The notes beneath the pieces were generated by a model. That model saw only the letters and a list, made by a program, of their open reading frames with translations, searched no databases and was not told where the DNA came from. 64,000 nucleotides of DNA from Eledone cirrhosa (Eukaryota): the NCBI GenBank assembly GCA_964016885.1, contig OZ024741.1:257610001-257674000 (forward strand), in the 5' to 3' direction. A program made the translations under genes and the position numbers. This document shows, piece after piece, positions 12,429 through 25,200 of this stretch (the first letter of the stretch is position 1; every line of letters starts with the position of its first letter).

Positions 12429-12572
12429 CTCTGCACTGACTGTGATATTCATACCAATAATATCCTTTGACACAACCTTCTGCACATTTTCCAGTAAACT
12501 GATCACATTTCCAATCTGCACATAATTTACAATGCCTCTGACACATTTCTCCATAAAATCCACGACGACATT
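12429..12572 (-). CDS. Host gene exon 8: EGF-like repeat (144 nt, phase 1-1, or terminal exon with TAG at 12424-12426)
   Basis: ttgcag acceptor; CRRGFYGEMCQRHCKLCADWKCDQFTGKCAEGCVKGYYWYEYHSQCR; GTTAG follows. Confidence 0.85.
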
Positions 12573-12660
12573 CTGCAATGATAGAAAGAATATTTTGGTA
12601 TATACATACACACATATATATATATATATATGTGTATGTATATATACACATATATATATG

Positions 12661-14817
12661 TCAATGAAAATCATGACAATAAGAAGGCTCTTGCTCTAGC
12701 TCTTTCTAAAATGTTCATCAGAATCAGGGTGTGACTGGTGGTTGATCTTCCCTCCCAGTAACTGTTCTGGTTGTCCCTGAGCTTCTTCTCCATCTCGGTC
12801 TGGATCCTGTTAAGAATCATCCTGTTGAGGGTCTTTGCCACAAATGACGTCAGTGAGATCCCTCTGTTGTTGGTGTTAGAGAGATCTCCCTTCTTTGGTA
12901 CTGGGACGATGTTATTGATCCTCTTCTGATCCAGGGCAACTCTTTCCTCCAGTGCCTGGTTACAGAACTCCAGGGTTATATCATCAAAATCACACCTCTT
13001 CATCACCTCTCATGCCATTCCATATTCTCCATGGGCCTTGCCCTCCTTGCCCTCCTCTCTGGCGAAGGGTCCTGTTTCAATATCCAGTTCCTCAAACTGC
13101 TGTCTGATCTCCCCAGTGTTCTGGGCTGTGGAAGATGGCTCTCCTAGTAGGGTCTTAAAATGGTCCAGCCATTTCCTCTTCATATCCTCTTCCTATCCTC
13201 GGGCTCTGTTCCCTGGATCTGACTCGAACTCCCTCTTTTCCTCCCTGTCTTCTCGTTGATGATCGTCCAACTCTACACTTACACCTATCAGCCACTCTCT
13301 CCACACTTCTGATCTTCTCCATCAGCACCTCCTCTCTGACCTCAGTGTAAGCGGTACATAGATCTTCCCTCATCACCTCCACATTCTCCTTCCTCTCCTC
13401 ATTAGGATCAGCATGATATTGGTCTTTGACAGCTTTCAGGTGTTCTCTGGCAGCCCACACCTTTGGGTCTGCAGAGTTGATGTTCTTCCTTTTCCTCTCT
13501 CTCTTCTCAGCACCATGCGTCTGCTACTGCATTGGTGATGTACCCATACCTCCTCATCACAGTCTCCTCAGTCTCTCCAATCTCTTTCTCCTCTGCCTCT
13601 CCACATAGAGCACTGAACCTGTTCCCTACTTCTACTGTATACCTCTCCTGTAGCTTATTATCTTCCTTTAAAGCTTCCCAGTCATAGATCGCTCTCTGGG
13701 GCTGAGCCTTACTCTTTCTTAAACTCAACTGGACCTCACTTATAACAAGCCGGTGGTTACTGTCCAGTGTACTGAAATAATTGTAAGGTTCTGTGTTTAG
13801 AACTCTATTCCATCAGTTCTTCCTCACCAGAATGAAATCAATCAGGGACTTGGACAGGTGCATATCAGAGATGTAAGTCCACATCTTCCCCGTATTGTTC
13901 TTAAACCTTAGGCTGGTTACCATCAAGTTTGCCTCCAGCAGGGTGTCCCTTAGTAGACTCCTGCTTTGGTTGGTGTTGTTATGGAAGAACCAGCAAGGAT
14001 CTTCACTGCTCTCCTTACTCAGATGTGCATTGAAGTCACCCAGAACAAGTATGATGCTGTGAGCTCGTGTGGTTTTGAGAGCTCTACAAACTTCGTCATG
14101 GAACTCCTCTGCACTCTCATTATAGTCCCCTCAGTTGGACTATAGGCTGAGATGACTGTCAGCCTTGGAATTCTATTGACGGTCACTCAAAACTCGCAGG
14201 GAGACAGGTATGATATCCCTCACTAATTGGTTAGTTCCTGCACTCAACACAAACCCCGCTTCTCCTACTGCAACATTAGTTGTGTTCCTCATAGTTGATG
14301 TGGTGATGAGCTGGCTCCTCCTTCCAATCCTCATTCTCTTCATGGACTCATCATGTAGGATCCTGTATTCTTGGATTGTAAGGATCTGCATCCCACTGTC
14401 CTCGAACAGATGACTCAATTCCTCTTTTCTCCAGCGTTCAAACAGTCCCCTCATTCAGAGTGCCGATTTTAATATCTCTTCTGCAGAACAAACTGCATTC
14501 TTTATATTTGTATGTTGTGTCTGAGAGATTGCCCATCCATCATCCAATGGCCCTCCCTGTGGCTGTAACCCAACAGAGACATAATGACCAGACTGCTCCA
14601 TAACAGTGTAGTTAGGAGCTCGAACCCGAGTGCTGTTAAATATTCCCTTTATGTTTCTTTTTAATGGCTGATAATACCTTAACAGGTACTACTGATCCGA
14701 TCCAGAGCAGACCTGGGAGTGATAACAACTAAGGAGTAACTCAACATTCCCCACAGCTCCTGAACTCCCGAACTGGAGCTTTGCAACTGGATATAGTTTA
14801 ATGACATACCCAGGACA

Positions 14818-14820
<3 letters not shown>
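12661..14820 (-). mobile_element. Degenerate RTE-like LINE (5' region, endonuclease and N-half of RT), 3'-truncated
   Basis: MQILTIQEYRI endonuclease segment, LGDFNAH near 14025-14045, IVPVPKKGDLS..RGISLTSFVAKTLNRMILNRI..GRSTT. Ends at VMIFID in an AT tract. Confidence 0.82.
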
Positions 14821-14905
<85 letters not shown>

Positions 14906-16120
14906 GTTCTCATTAATGTTAGTATCTATTATTTGATTGTAATATTTCATAATTTGTTTAATACATAATTACATAGTGAATCTAAATATCAACTGATAGA
15001 TGATCATAGTTAAAATATTACTAATAGAGTTTGAGGCATAGATTACTCTGATATTCTACAGTTTACATTAGAATTCTTCTATATTAGCTATTTGACTTTA
15101 ACACAAGAGTAATGTTTGAAGTGACTAAAAAATGACACCATGTTGATGTATAAGTCATCGATTTGAAAACAACATTATTTTATAGAATCATGTGAAATAA
15201 AATGTGTAAGATTTAAAGTGTGCAATGATTGTGTGAGTAAACATATATAAATATCTATATTTTGCAATATACCAGCGAGTTGTTTGTTATATATATATTT
15301 AGTCTTATCGACTCTCTAAAATATATAGCTGTAGGTAGTGTGATGTCAGTATATTTGATGAATGTTTAATTAACATGTAATACTGAAATGATATCTTATT
15401 GAAGGTGAAATTAATATACTATTCTCCATTACCAATAGAGTTAATCAACCATTTATTAATATTTCATAATTAGACATGTTGGGCAATCTGTTTTCCGAAA
15501 TACAGAGTGATACATTTATATATTAAGACAGAGAAAATGTGTGTGTATGTGAGAGAGGGTGAGATTGGGAATCTATATACATTTTTGTGTTTCTGTGTTG
15601 ATGTAAAATTGAAATACCAACAATTAGTTAAAAGTTGTTGAAGCTCATGGGATATGCTCCATTATATGGTAAGAACTGGAAGGTAAGGCACTCCTTTGTT
15701 AAAGCTAACTCAGCTTGACCTGAATATGAAACATCTACGAGTGTTTCTCCTGTAACTTAATGATATATTTTAATCATACAATCGTTGTTCTAAGACTGTT
15801 AATAGGAGTATGTTACTCCAATATAGTAATACATAGATTTAATTACCATGAAAATGAAAGTTTAAATTTATCAACAGAAATCTTCAGTTTAGGTAAATGT
15901 ACGGTGGTAGAAAGAAAAAGGCGGCGAAGAAACATAAATTAAAACCATCTTGTAGTTATAAGCTTGCGTTTTTCGTTCTGAATTTTTTTTTTTCATCGTT
16001 TCAGCATTTATAACATAATTATCAGTCCAGTTCTGAGATCAAGATAATTGGCTGTTCCTGTGAGACATTCTTATTAATTAATATTTGATATGTGAAACTA
16101 CAAATATATGTATAACTTAC

Positions 16121-16297
16121 GTAATACTTCCACTTCACATAGAGTAAGCATTTCCCGTTTCGGAAGTGATATTTTGACATAACTTGCATTTACTTTTGTT
16201 GAGCATTTGATGTCAATTACGTCTTCATTGTATTTATAATAATCTTGATAACAAAATGATGATCCAAGGTAAACATTAAATCTAGACAGTCTTTTAC
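16121..16297 (-). CDS. Host gene exon 7: C-terminal half of F-type lectin/F5-8C domain (177 nt, phase 1-1)
   Basis: cctag acceptor and gtaagt donor; RKRLSRFNVYLGSSFCYQDYYKYNEDVIDIKCSTKVNASYVKISLPKREMLTLCEVEVL. Missed by the ORF track. Confidence 0.9.
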
Positions 16298-16522
16298 CTA
16301 GGATTGAAATATAAAAGTAAAAATGAAATCAAAATTAGGATATATTGGGGTATATTTTAGAAGATATCATCAAATGATGATATCATATTTCTTAGAGTTT
16401 GTCTAATTATAACTTAATCTCAATTACAATAGATTATATAAAATCAATAATTGATCATGTTTAATATGCTTCTTCACATGACTATATGTATGAATATAAA
16501 TATATATATATATATACATATA

Positions 16523-18278
16523 GGATAACAGGTACCGTTTAACGTAATCCAACTAGAAGTTGTGAGTACTCTGTGTTGAGGATAGTTTTAACGTACGGCG
16601 TTGTTTGACTCAACAAGAAGTTTCCTTAGTGAGGTGGCGAGTTTAAGAGAATTCCCATGCAGGTGGTTCTTGCAGTAATAATAGTGTAAGAGTAAAGAAT
16701 AACATGGTCGGCTGTACAAAAAGGGTTTATTTACAGTATTAACAATTGCTTCATTAATCAGTTGAGTCTAAAGGCTGCTGCTCGCTAAAACTTACGTCAC
16801 TCGACCTTTTACAGTGTGTGTCTCTGATCAAAGAATCATAGAATCACACATACATAAAATCAACTATAAAAGAATCTCTAAGTAATGTGATATACCAACA
16901 TACACCATAACACTAAATACAAAATGCAAACACATAACAACATCACAACCCCCTACACGCCTGGGCATATCACAACAAAACACCAATAAATCAAAATCCC
17001 AACCTGTCCCTAACAACATACAGAACCGCAACAGGGAACCTGCACACAGGAAGGCCTCCAAGTGTAACTGCCACCAACCGGATAAATGCCCACTGCAGTA
17101 TAGATGCCTGGAGTCAAGTATAGTATACCTGTGTACTATCAAATCTGGCAACCTAGCATTGCACTACATAGGTTCTACGGCTGGCGATTTCAAAAAAAGA
17201 TGGTATATGCATAGACACTCCATAAAAAACCGTAAACTTGGTAATACAACGAGGGTGGCCAGTAAAATCTGGCAGCTTAAAGACATTAATCAGGAATATG
17301 AGATTAGCTGGTTGAAGTTATCGAATACAAGGGCCTACATAAATGGAATGAGCCACTGCGGCCTCTGCAATATGGAGCAGCTCCATATTTTAAAATATAA
17401 TAAAATGTTGCTTAATAACAAGAGAGATCGAACAATCATCTGTAGTCACAAAGCAGCCACAAAATTTTACAACTTCAAATCGTGACCAGCATAATTCGAT
17501 CTAGTGATTTCAAACTCAATCAAAACCACCAAGATTTAAAGGTACTAACTTTACACAACTTCTCTGTTATTAGCTGTCAGCTGACCAATTGGTTGTTAAA
17601 TCAGCCTCGAGGGGGGGGGGGATCCCTCAACCTTTCTTTCCTTTTCTCTCTATAGTCTCATCACCTCCATTAAGATAAAACAGTCAAACTACCCTGACCT
17701 TAATCACTTTTTATTCTCTATTTATCTATTTACTATTCTCTGATTTTTATTTCTATCTTTTATGTTTTATCTTCGAATCCTTATTCTTTATTCTTTATCT
17801 CCTGTTCTTTATCTTTTTTCTTTTACTTTTATTTTAACCCTTTATTATTTTTATCCTTTTATTTCGTCAATTCATGAACTCAATACACTATATTAGTAAG
17901 GTGTTCACTCACCAACATTTCACCTATCATATATCCTATTACTTGTTATCATTACTGTCATTACTTACACACCCATTTACTCACCACTCTAACTTCAACT
18001 ACTACTATTATCAGTAACCGTATTTTTTTTTATTGTTGTTGTTATTCTTTTCATTTACTTTATTCTCGGATGTATCTATAAATACCAGTGTCCTGTGTTA
18101 CACACTTTAGTATTCTGATGATTTGATCAGAGACACACACTGTAATTAAGGTTAAGTGACGTAATTTCTAGCGATCAGTGGCCTTTAGACTCACCTGATT
18201 AATGAAACAAATGTTAATACTGTAAATAAAACACTTTTTGTACAGCCGATCATGTTATTCTTCACTCTTTCACTATAT
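16523..18278 (+). mobile_element. 5'-truncated Penelope-like element (GIY-YIG endonuclease, Naiad-like) with inverted pLTR
   Basis: CNCHQPDKCPLQYRCLESSIVY..YIGST..FKKRW..H..IW.LK..CGLCNME..LNNKR..CSH at about 17060-17485. Segment 16680-16845 is an inverted copy of 18112-18277. Confidence 0.82.
18109..18221 (+). ncRNA. Type I hammerhead motif with enlarged stem II loop in the PLE pLTR
   Basis: agtatt-CTGATGA-t-ttgatcag..(~70 nt)..ctgattaa-t-GAAAC-aaat-GTT-aatact. Confidence 0.65.
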
Positions 18279-18280
18279 AC

Positions 18281-20038
18281 ATCATCATCATCATCATCAT
18301 CATCTTCGGTTAACGTCCATCTTCCACGCTAGCATGGGTTAGACGGGAGTTGTCCCACTTGAGGCAAGGTTGGTCGGGTGACCGTGTCTCGTTCATATAG
18401 GACTATCTGGCAGGTTTTCTACGGCTGGATGCCCTCCTAACACCAACCACATTTACAGTGTGGAACTGGGAACTTTTTACCGTGTTACCTTCATGGCGAC
18501 ATTACAGCATTGACTGTGTGTTTTTTGTCATGTGTTTTTTTTGTCGTGACACCTATACGATCTCGATCTCATTATCTCATTTATTTGGACTGGATCTCAT
18601 TATCTCATTTATTTGGACTGGATGTTTACAGAGAGAGGGTGGCGTTGGTGGGACTGGGAGGATAGGGTAGGGGTAGTGGATTGGGGTGTAAATTTGGTTA
18701 CGAGGTGCCTACTGACTGTAGGTTTCGCTTTGTACATATGCAAGGCGGGTCTTCTGTATTACTGCGTAACGCTAAAGATCTCGGTCCAGTGACAATGTCT
18801 CAGAGAGGTGCAACTGTGTAAGGTCGGAATTTATCAGATCGTCCCAGGTTTTTCTGGGTCTACCTACCCCGTAACTACCATCTATTTTGATCGTCCTGCA
18901 CTTTTTTATACAGCTGTCGTCTTTCATGTGCATCACGTGGCCATACCAACGTAGTCTTCTCTCAAGTAAACAGCATCTGATCCCTCTTATTTCCAATTTC
19001 TCACTTCGTTCATTTATGTTTTGCCGTTCACGTATATTACTATTACACATCCAACGGAGCATGCATGCTTCGTTCCTTTCCAGTCTGCACAGGTCCTCTG
19101 CACGCAATGCCCATGTCTCACTGCCATGTAGCATTGCTGTTCGTATACAAACATCATACAATCTGCCTTTCATTTTTAGAGAGAAACCTTTTGTGGCCAA
19201 CAGCGGTATAAGCTCTCTGAACTTTTTCCATCCAGTTCTGACTCTGGCTACTCTACTTTCAGAACACCCTCCGCCACTGCTAATTTCGTCACCCAGGTAA
19301 CGGAAAGTGTCCACTATTTCTATAGATCCATCTGGGCAATAGAAGGAGCTAGTATCCTGTGGGCACTTGTTAATTATTGCACCTGAGCATCGGCCACATA
19401 TAAAGTCTACGTTCTTAGATAGTTTACCTGTGATTCCACTACATCATTTATGTACACATAGTGTGCATTTGGGACATACAATGGATTTCTGCCTGCTCCT
19501 TTCCTACACACTTAGCATGGCCATTTCACTGGGAGCACCTGTGCTCTATTTTCCTTTCTACATACTAGAACTTTATTCTTAGACGAGTTAACTTTAAGGC
19601 CTTTTGATTCTAGGCCATGCTTCCATGTTTGGAATTTCTTCTCTAGTTCAGCCATAGTTTCAGCTATGAGAGTAGATCATCTGCGTATGGGAGTTCCCAT
19701 GGGCAACCGGTCTTGAACTTCTCTGTTATAGCCTGAAGGGCAATAATAAATAGGAGGGGGCTAAGGACAGAGCCTTGATGAACACCAACTTTTACACTAA
19801 ATTCTTCACAATATTCATTGTTAATTCGAACCTTACTGACTCTTTATTTATACATGGCTTGTATAGCTCTCACAAGCCATTCTACACTTAGTTTTCTAAG
19901 AGTCCACCAGATAATGGAGCAGGCGACTCTTTCAAAGGCTTTCTCCAGGTCTACAAAAGTTAAGTAGAGGGGTTTACTTTTAGCTAGGTACTTCTCCTGT
20001 AGTTGTCGTACAAGGAAAAGAGCATACCTGACACAAAC

Positions 20039-20040
<2 letters not shown>
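18281..20040 (-). mobile_element. 5'-truncated RTE-clade LINE (RT plus 3' UTR and (GAT)n tail)
   Basis: FVDLEKAFERV, VGVHQGSVLSPLLF, YADD, DTFRYLGD, MLHGSETW, LRWYGHV; (CAT)n at 18281-18304. Confidence 0.9.
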
Positions 20041-20072
<32 letters not shown>

Positions 20073-20367
20073 TTTTTTTTTTTCATTTATATATATATAT
20101 AAATGGAAAAAATGAAATGAAATTTCATTTCTCACTCTTAGTACGGCTGTTACTTAAATATAAGTATGTATACGTACATACATATATGTATACAGACATA
20201 CAGTTAGTATGTATATATATATACATACATGCACACATATATGCATGTACGTATGGGTTTACCGAACATTTATTATAATGCTCGGTTTGTTTGTAAACAA
20301 ACATCCCGAATTAAGCTGTACAGTGTTTACAACCATCGTTGCCCTTTTGTTCAACACTGACAAAAGA

Positions 20368-20410
20368 ACGATGTACTAGTTTCAAGTTTATTAGCTATCA
20401 TCAGCACTGT
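20368..20410 (-). ncRNA. Minimal type I hammerhead ribozyme (retrozyme-type)
   Basis: Minus strand reads acagtg-CTGATGA-tagctaataaactt-GAAAC-TA-GTA-catcgt. Confidence 0.78.
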
Positions 20411-21125
20411 ATACCTTCCTGCCAAATGATTGAATGTCTGAAAGTATATACTTTCCTTATGCATATTAACGGCTGAGCAGCCTAATTTGCATATCGAGTG
20501 AGTTAATCGGCCGGGCGCACTGAAAACAATAAATGGAAAAAATGAAACGAAATTTCATTTTTCACTCTTAGTACGGCTCTTACTTAAATATAAGTATGTA
20601 TACGTACACATATATATGTATACAGACATACAGTAGTATGTATATATATACATACATGCACACATATATACATGTACGTACGGATTTACCGAACATTTAT
20701 TATAATGCTCGGTTTGTTTGTAAACAAACATCCCGGATTAAGCCGTACATTGTTGAACAAAAGGGCAACGATGGTTGCTAAACAATGTACGGCTTAATTT
20801 GGATGTTTGTTTACAAACAAACAGAGCATTATAATAAATGTTCGGTAAATCCGTACGTTCATGTATATATGTGTGCATGTATGTATATATATATACATAC
20901 TACTGTACGTCTGTATACATATATGTATGTACGTATACATACTTATATTTAGATATCAGCCGAACTAAGAGTGAGAAATGAAATTTCGTTTCATTTTGTC
21001 CATTTATCGTTTTCGGTGCGCCCGGCCGATTAACTCACTCGATATGCAAATTAGGCTGCTCAGCCGTTAATATGCATAAGGAAAGTATATACTTTCAGAC
21101 GTTCAATCATTTGGTAGGAAGGTAT

Positions 21126-21168
21126 ACGGTGCTGACGATAGCTAATAAGCTTGAAACTAGTACATCGT
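21126..21168 (+). ncRNA. Minimal type I hammerhead ribozyme (retrozyme-type), intact core
   Basis: acggtg-CTGACGA-t-agct-aata-agct-t-GAAAC-TA-GTA-catcgt. Confidence 0.85.
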
Positions 21169-21376
21169 TCCTTTGTCAGTGTTGAACAAAAGAGCAACGA
21201 TGGTTGCTAAACGTACATATATATATGTGTGCATGTATGTATATATATACATACTACTGTACGTCTGTATACATATGTGCATGTACGTATACATTCTAAT
21301 ATATATATATATATATATGTAATATAGAAAAGGCTTCTACAGGACTAGAATTGTTCATTCGGGAGAAATCACGAAC

Positions 21377-21425
21377 GCTTCCTGATGATTTCTCCCGAAT
21401 GAAACAGTTCTAGTCCTGTAGAAGC
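21377..21425 (+). ncRNA. Type I hammerhead ribozyme (Penelope-type) inside a short inverted pLTR dimer (21320-21480)
   Basis: gcttc-CTGATGA-t-ttc-tccc-gaa-t-GAAACAG-ttctagtc-CTGTA-gaagc. Segment 21321-21371 is its inverted copy. Confidence 0.82.
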
Positions 21426-21836
21426 ATTTTCTATATTAAATATTTATACTCTGCTTTGCATTGACTACCTTACTTACTGTAAAGCAAAACATGTTCTCCT
21501 CAGACAAAATATATAGAAAATGTATAATTTCCTACTGATATGCTGGTAGACAAAACAACTGGACAGATCGATGACCACAAGGCATATGACTAGAAAAATC
21601 CCAGCATGTAAGGGTGTTACATGATTGGAGGGAAAACATTTCAGTTGGTTTAAACGTTTCATTAATTATTTAAACTATAGTGTAATTAGATTGGTCAGAA
21701 AAAAAAAACAAATAAAAAATTGACGGTTATTCAATCCTAATTTCACTTATAATCATTATAGATAGCTATTAAATCAAAAGTATATATTGTATCAGGAAAA
21801 AATATTCTGTTAAGACAGGGATAATATTATGGAAAT

Positions 21837-21998
21837 ATAATAATTGTTTCTACTTTTGGCACAAGGCCAGCAATTATCCCAGTGTATTATTGGTACTTTA
21901 TTTTATCGACCCCGTAAGGATGAAAGGCAAAGTTAACCCCGGCGGGATTTGAACTCAATCCGTAAAGGGACGTAACTGTGCTGCAAAGCATGGGGTCA
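21837..21998 (-). mobile_element. tRNA-derived SINE (5'-truncated)
   Basis: Reverse-complement homolog of 6308-6500. Confidence 0.85.
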
Positions 21999-22061
21999 AA
22001 GGGGAAAAACATTTGGATTATAGAATTTGTAAGTAAGCTATCCTTTATTATTTATATTTAG

Positions 22062-22255
22062 ATGAACAAAAGGGCAACGATGGTTGCTAAACACTGTATG
22101 GCTTAATTCGGGGTGTTTGTTTACAAACACACCGAGCATTATAATAAATGTTCGGTAAATCCATACGTACATATATATATGTGTGCATGTATGTATATAT
22201 ATACATACTACTGTACGTCTGTATACATATGTGTATATACGTATATGTACGTTTA
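22062..22255 (+). repeat. Partial ~430-bp hammerhead repeat, interrupted by a LINE and resumed at 25892-25975
   Basis: gaacaaaagggcaacgatggttgc..ccgagcattataataaatgttcgg. The continuation tatatttaagtaacagccgtactaagagtgagaa lies at about 25910. Confidence 0.8.
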
Positions 22256-25200
22256 TGTCAGGTCACCAGTTGGTGATACTGGTAACATGTATCCCAGTAC
22301 AACGTGTCCCTTGGTCGGGTCGTTGGCGACTAAACTGGCAACCCCACCAAGGTTTCTTGGTGAGGAGGGTGACTTTGGACATCCTGCAGGACTAAAAATA
22401 AAACCTGTCAAATGGTAAAGGAGCTCTTAAGAGTCAATGGCCATCCAAAATCACCGGGAGAGATGACTCCTTAACCTTTGTCAAGGCAGAATTCTAGGAG
22501 AAGGAAAAGTCTGATATAACACGCGCAACTCTGATGGTATCCAATGATGTTGACTTGTTCTTCTTTTTGGTAAATATCATCTTGGTTAAGAGAGTGGGAC
22601 TGGCTTTGTGCAGTGACTTTGCTCCCTATAAATGCTTCATGGCACAGGCATTGCTTTATATCTGTAGAGCTCTCTGCACTTGTCATCTTAATGTGGAACA
22701 CTGGCTGGCCGTAGCCTAAAAAGGCAAACTACATTACAATGAAGGTACCTAACACAATTGAAGTAAATAGCAATAAGGGCTCTGGATCAGCATCATGTGA
22801 AAGGGTGTCTCAGGGCGCTGCAGTCTGGGCCCGGTCGTCATCGGTCTACTGTGTGCAAACCACTCAATTTTGGGTGCTGGAATGTGCGTACTTTGCTTGA
22901 TGTTGAAACAAATGTGCAGCGACCTGAAAGAAGATCGGCATTGGTTGCTAAGGAGCTCAGGCGTTATGATATGGATGTTATGATATGGCCCTCTCGGAAA
23001 CTCGATTTCATGGTGAGGGCCATTTCACAGAGAAATCCGGTGGATATACGTTTTTCTGGCGGGGAAAGAAGGGGGGGGAGAAGGGAAGCTGGTGTCGCTT
23101 TTGCCATAAAAACAGTTATAACAGACCATCTTCAGGAGCTGCCGACAGGCGTTAGTGACAGACTGATCACTGTGAGAGTTCCTCTAGAGGATGGAAGATA
23201 TGTAACTGTGATTGGTGCTTATGCACTAACTATGGAATGCATTGATGAAGCAAAGCAGGCTTTTTATGATGAATTTAGATCTCTTGTCTGGAAAGTGCCT
23301 GCAGCAGACAAAATTTTCATTCTTGGAGATTTTAATGCTCGCGTGGGCCGTGATTGTGGGACCTGGAGAGCTCTGGGCAAGCATGGGGTCGGAAAGTGCA
23401 ATGGCAATGAACTCTTGTTATTGCAAATGTGCACTGAGCTGGACTTGTACATTGGCAGCACTATGTTCCAACAGAAGGACAAATACAAGACAACATAAAT
23501 GCATCCTGGATCGAAACTGTGGCACCTGATTGATTATGTCCTTGTGAGGCGGCGGGATGTACATGATTTGTTCAGTGTTCGTGTGATGCGTGGGGCAGAG
23601 TGTTGGACCAACCATCATCTGGTGAGAGCAAGAGCTAGATGTGTAGTTCGTAAAAGGGAGAAACGGCGAGCGCTATCACTTCCGAAACAGCTGACGTTGC
23701 CCGTCTGAAAGATCCTGAAGTCAGAGAAAATCTGGTAAAAAAGATGGATGCGTTAGAGTGCGGAAATGACTGCACTTCCTTTAAGGAGGCAATTTATGGG
23801 GCATGTGCTGATGTTGTTGGATTCACAGATAAAAAGCATCAGGATTGGTTTTACCAAAATGACAAGCTTATAGACAAGCTTTTGGAGGAGAAACATATGC
23901 TCCACTCCGCATTGCTTGGTAGTGATTTAAGCACCGATCGGCAGAAGGCAATCCCTGATAAGCTGAAGCTCGTAAAAGCTGATGTGCAACGAAAATTGCG
24001 TGAAATGAAGAATAAGTGGTGGAATGACAAAGCCGTTGAAATACAACTTGCGTCGGATGTGAAGGACCACCTATATCACCAGTTGCGCCTCTTAGGACAA
24101 AGGATGGCAATCAGCTCCTTAGAGATCCCAATGATATCCTGTTGAGATGGCGGGAACACTTTGGCGAGCTTCTCAATAGGGATTCAGAGGTTGACGAAGA
24201 GTTTATCAGGTCCATTCCTGATAAGCCAGTAAAGGAAATCCTTGCTGAGCCTCCAACGATCGAGGAGGTTAAAAGTGCTGTATGGAAACTCAATGGTGGG
24301 AAGTCGCCTGGATTGGATGGGCTGTATGCTGAGATCTTGAAGCACGGTGGAGAGAATCTCTTGCACCGACTTCATTCTTTGGTTCTGATGACTGGAAGGA
24401 TGCTGTGATGGTTGTTTTGTACATGGTAAAGGGAGACAGGGATGGCTGCGGAAACTATCGTGGGATATCACTGTTGTCTGTTGTCGGCAAAGTTCTCTGT
24501 ATAATTCTGTTGGACCGTCTATTGCTCCACATTGTTGATGAAGCTCTACCAGAGTCGCAATCGGGCTTTCGGGCTGGGCGTGGCACTGTGGACATGATCT
24601 TTACAGCCAGACAACTGCAGTAAAAGTGTGTTGAGCAGAATGTGGATCTCTACCAGGTGTTTGTTGATCTGACAAAGGCGTTTGACACAGTCAACAGAAA
24701 GGCTTTATGCGATATCTTGAGGAAGCTGGGGTGCCCTGAGAAGTTTGTTTCCATTTTGCGTTTGTTCCATGATGACATGAAGGCATGGGTAAATGTTGGT
24801 GGAAAGCTCTCTGAGCCGGTGACGGTCGAGAATGGAGTCAAACAGGGTGACATTCCAGCTCCAACGCTCTTTGCTTTGTACTTCTCCATTGTCTTCGAAC
24901 AGGCCTTCGGCAACTGCAATCATGGTATATATGTTCGCTATCGATCAACTGGAAAGCTGTTTAATATCAGGAGGTTCAATGCTAAGTCAAAGGTTCACTT
25001 GCAACTAATCAGGGATTTGCTTTATGCAGATGACTGTGACCTGGTAGCGCACACTGAGATTGATATGCAGCATCTCATGGATGCATTTTCTAATGCGTGT
25101 ATTGCATTTGAGACTTACCATAACCCTTAAAAAGACAGTAGCCATGTACCAACCAGCCCCTGGGAAGCCATGTTGTGAGCCCAACATCTTGGTGTATGGT

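Larger units (their letters stand above)
20100..21296. mobile_element. Tandem and inverted array of the ~430-bp hammerhead repeat (retrozyme candidate)
   Basis: Minus-strand copies with period 430 (20101 vs 20531) run to 20754; a plus-strand copy follows at about 20751-21212, then a short extra piece. Confidence 0.85.
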
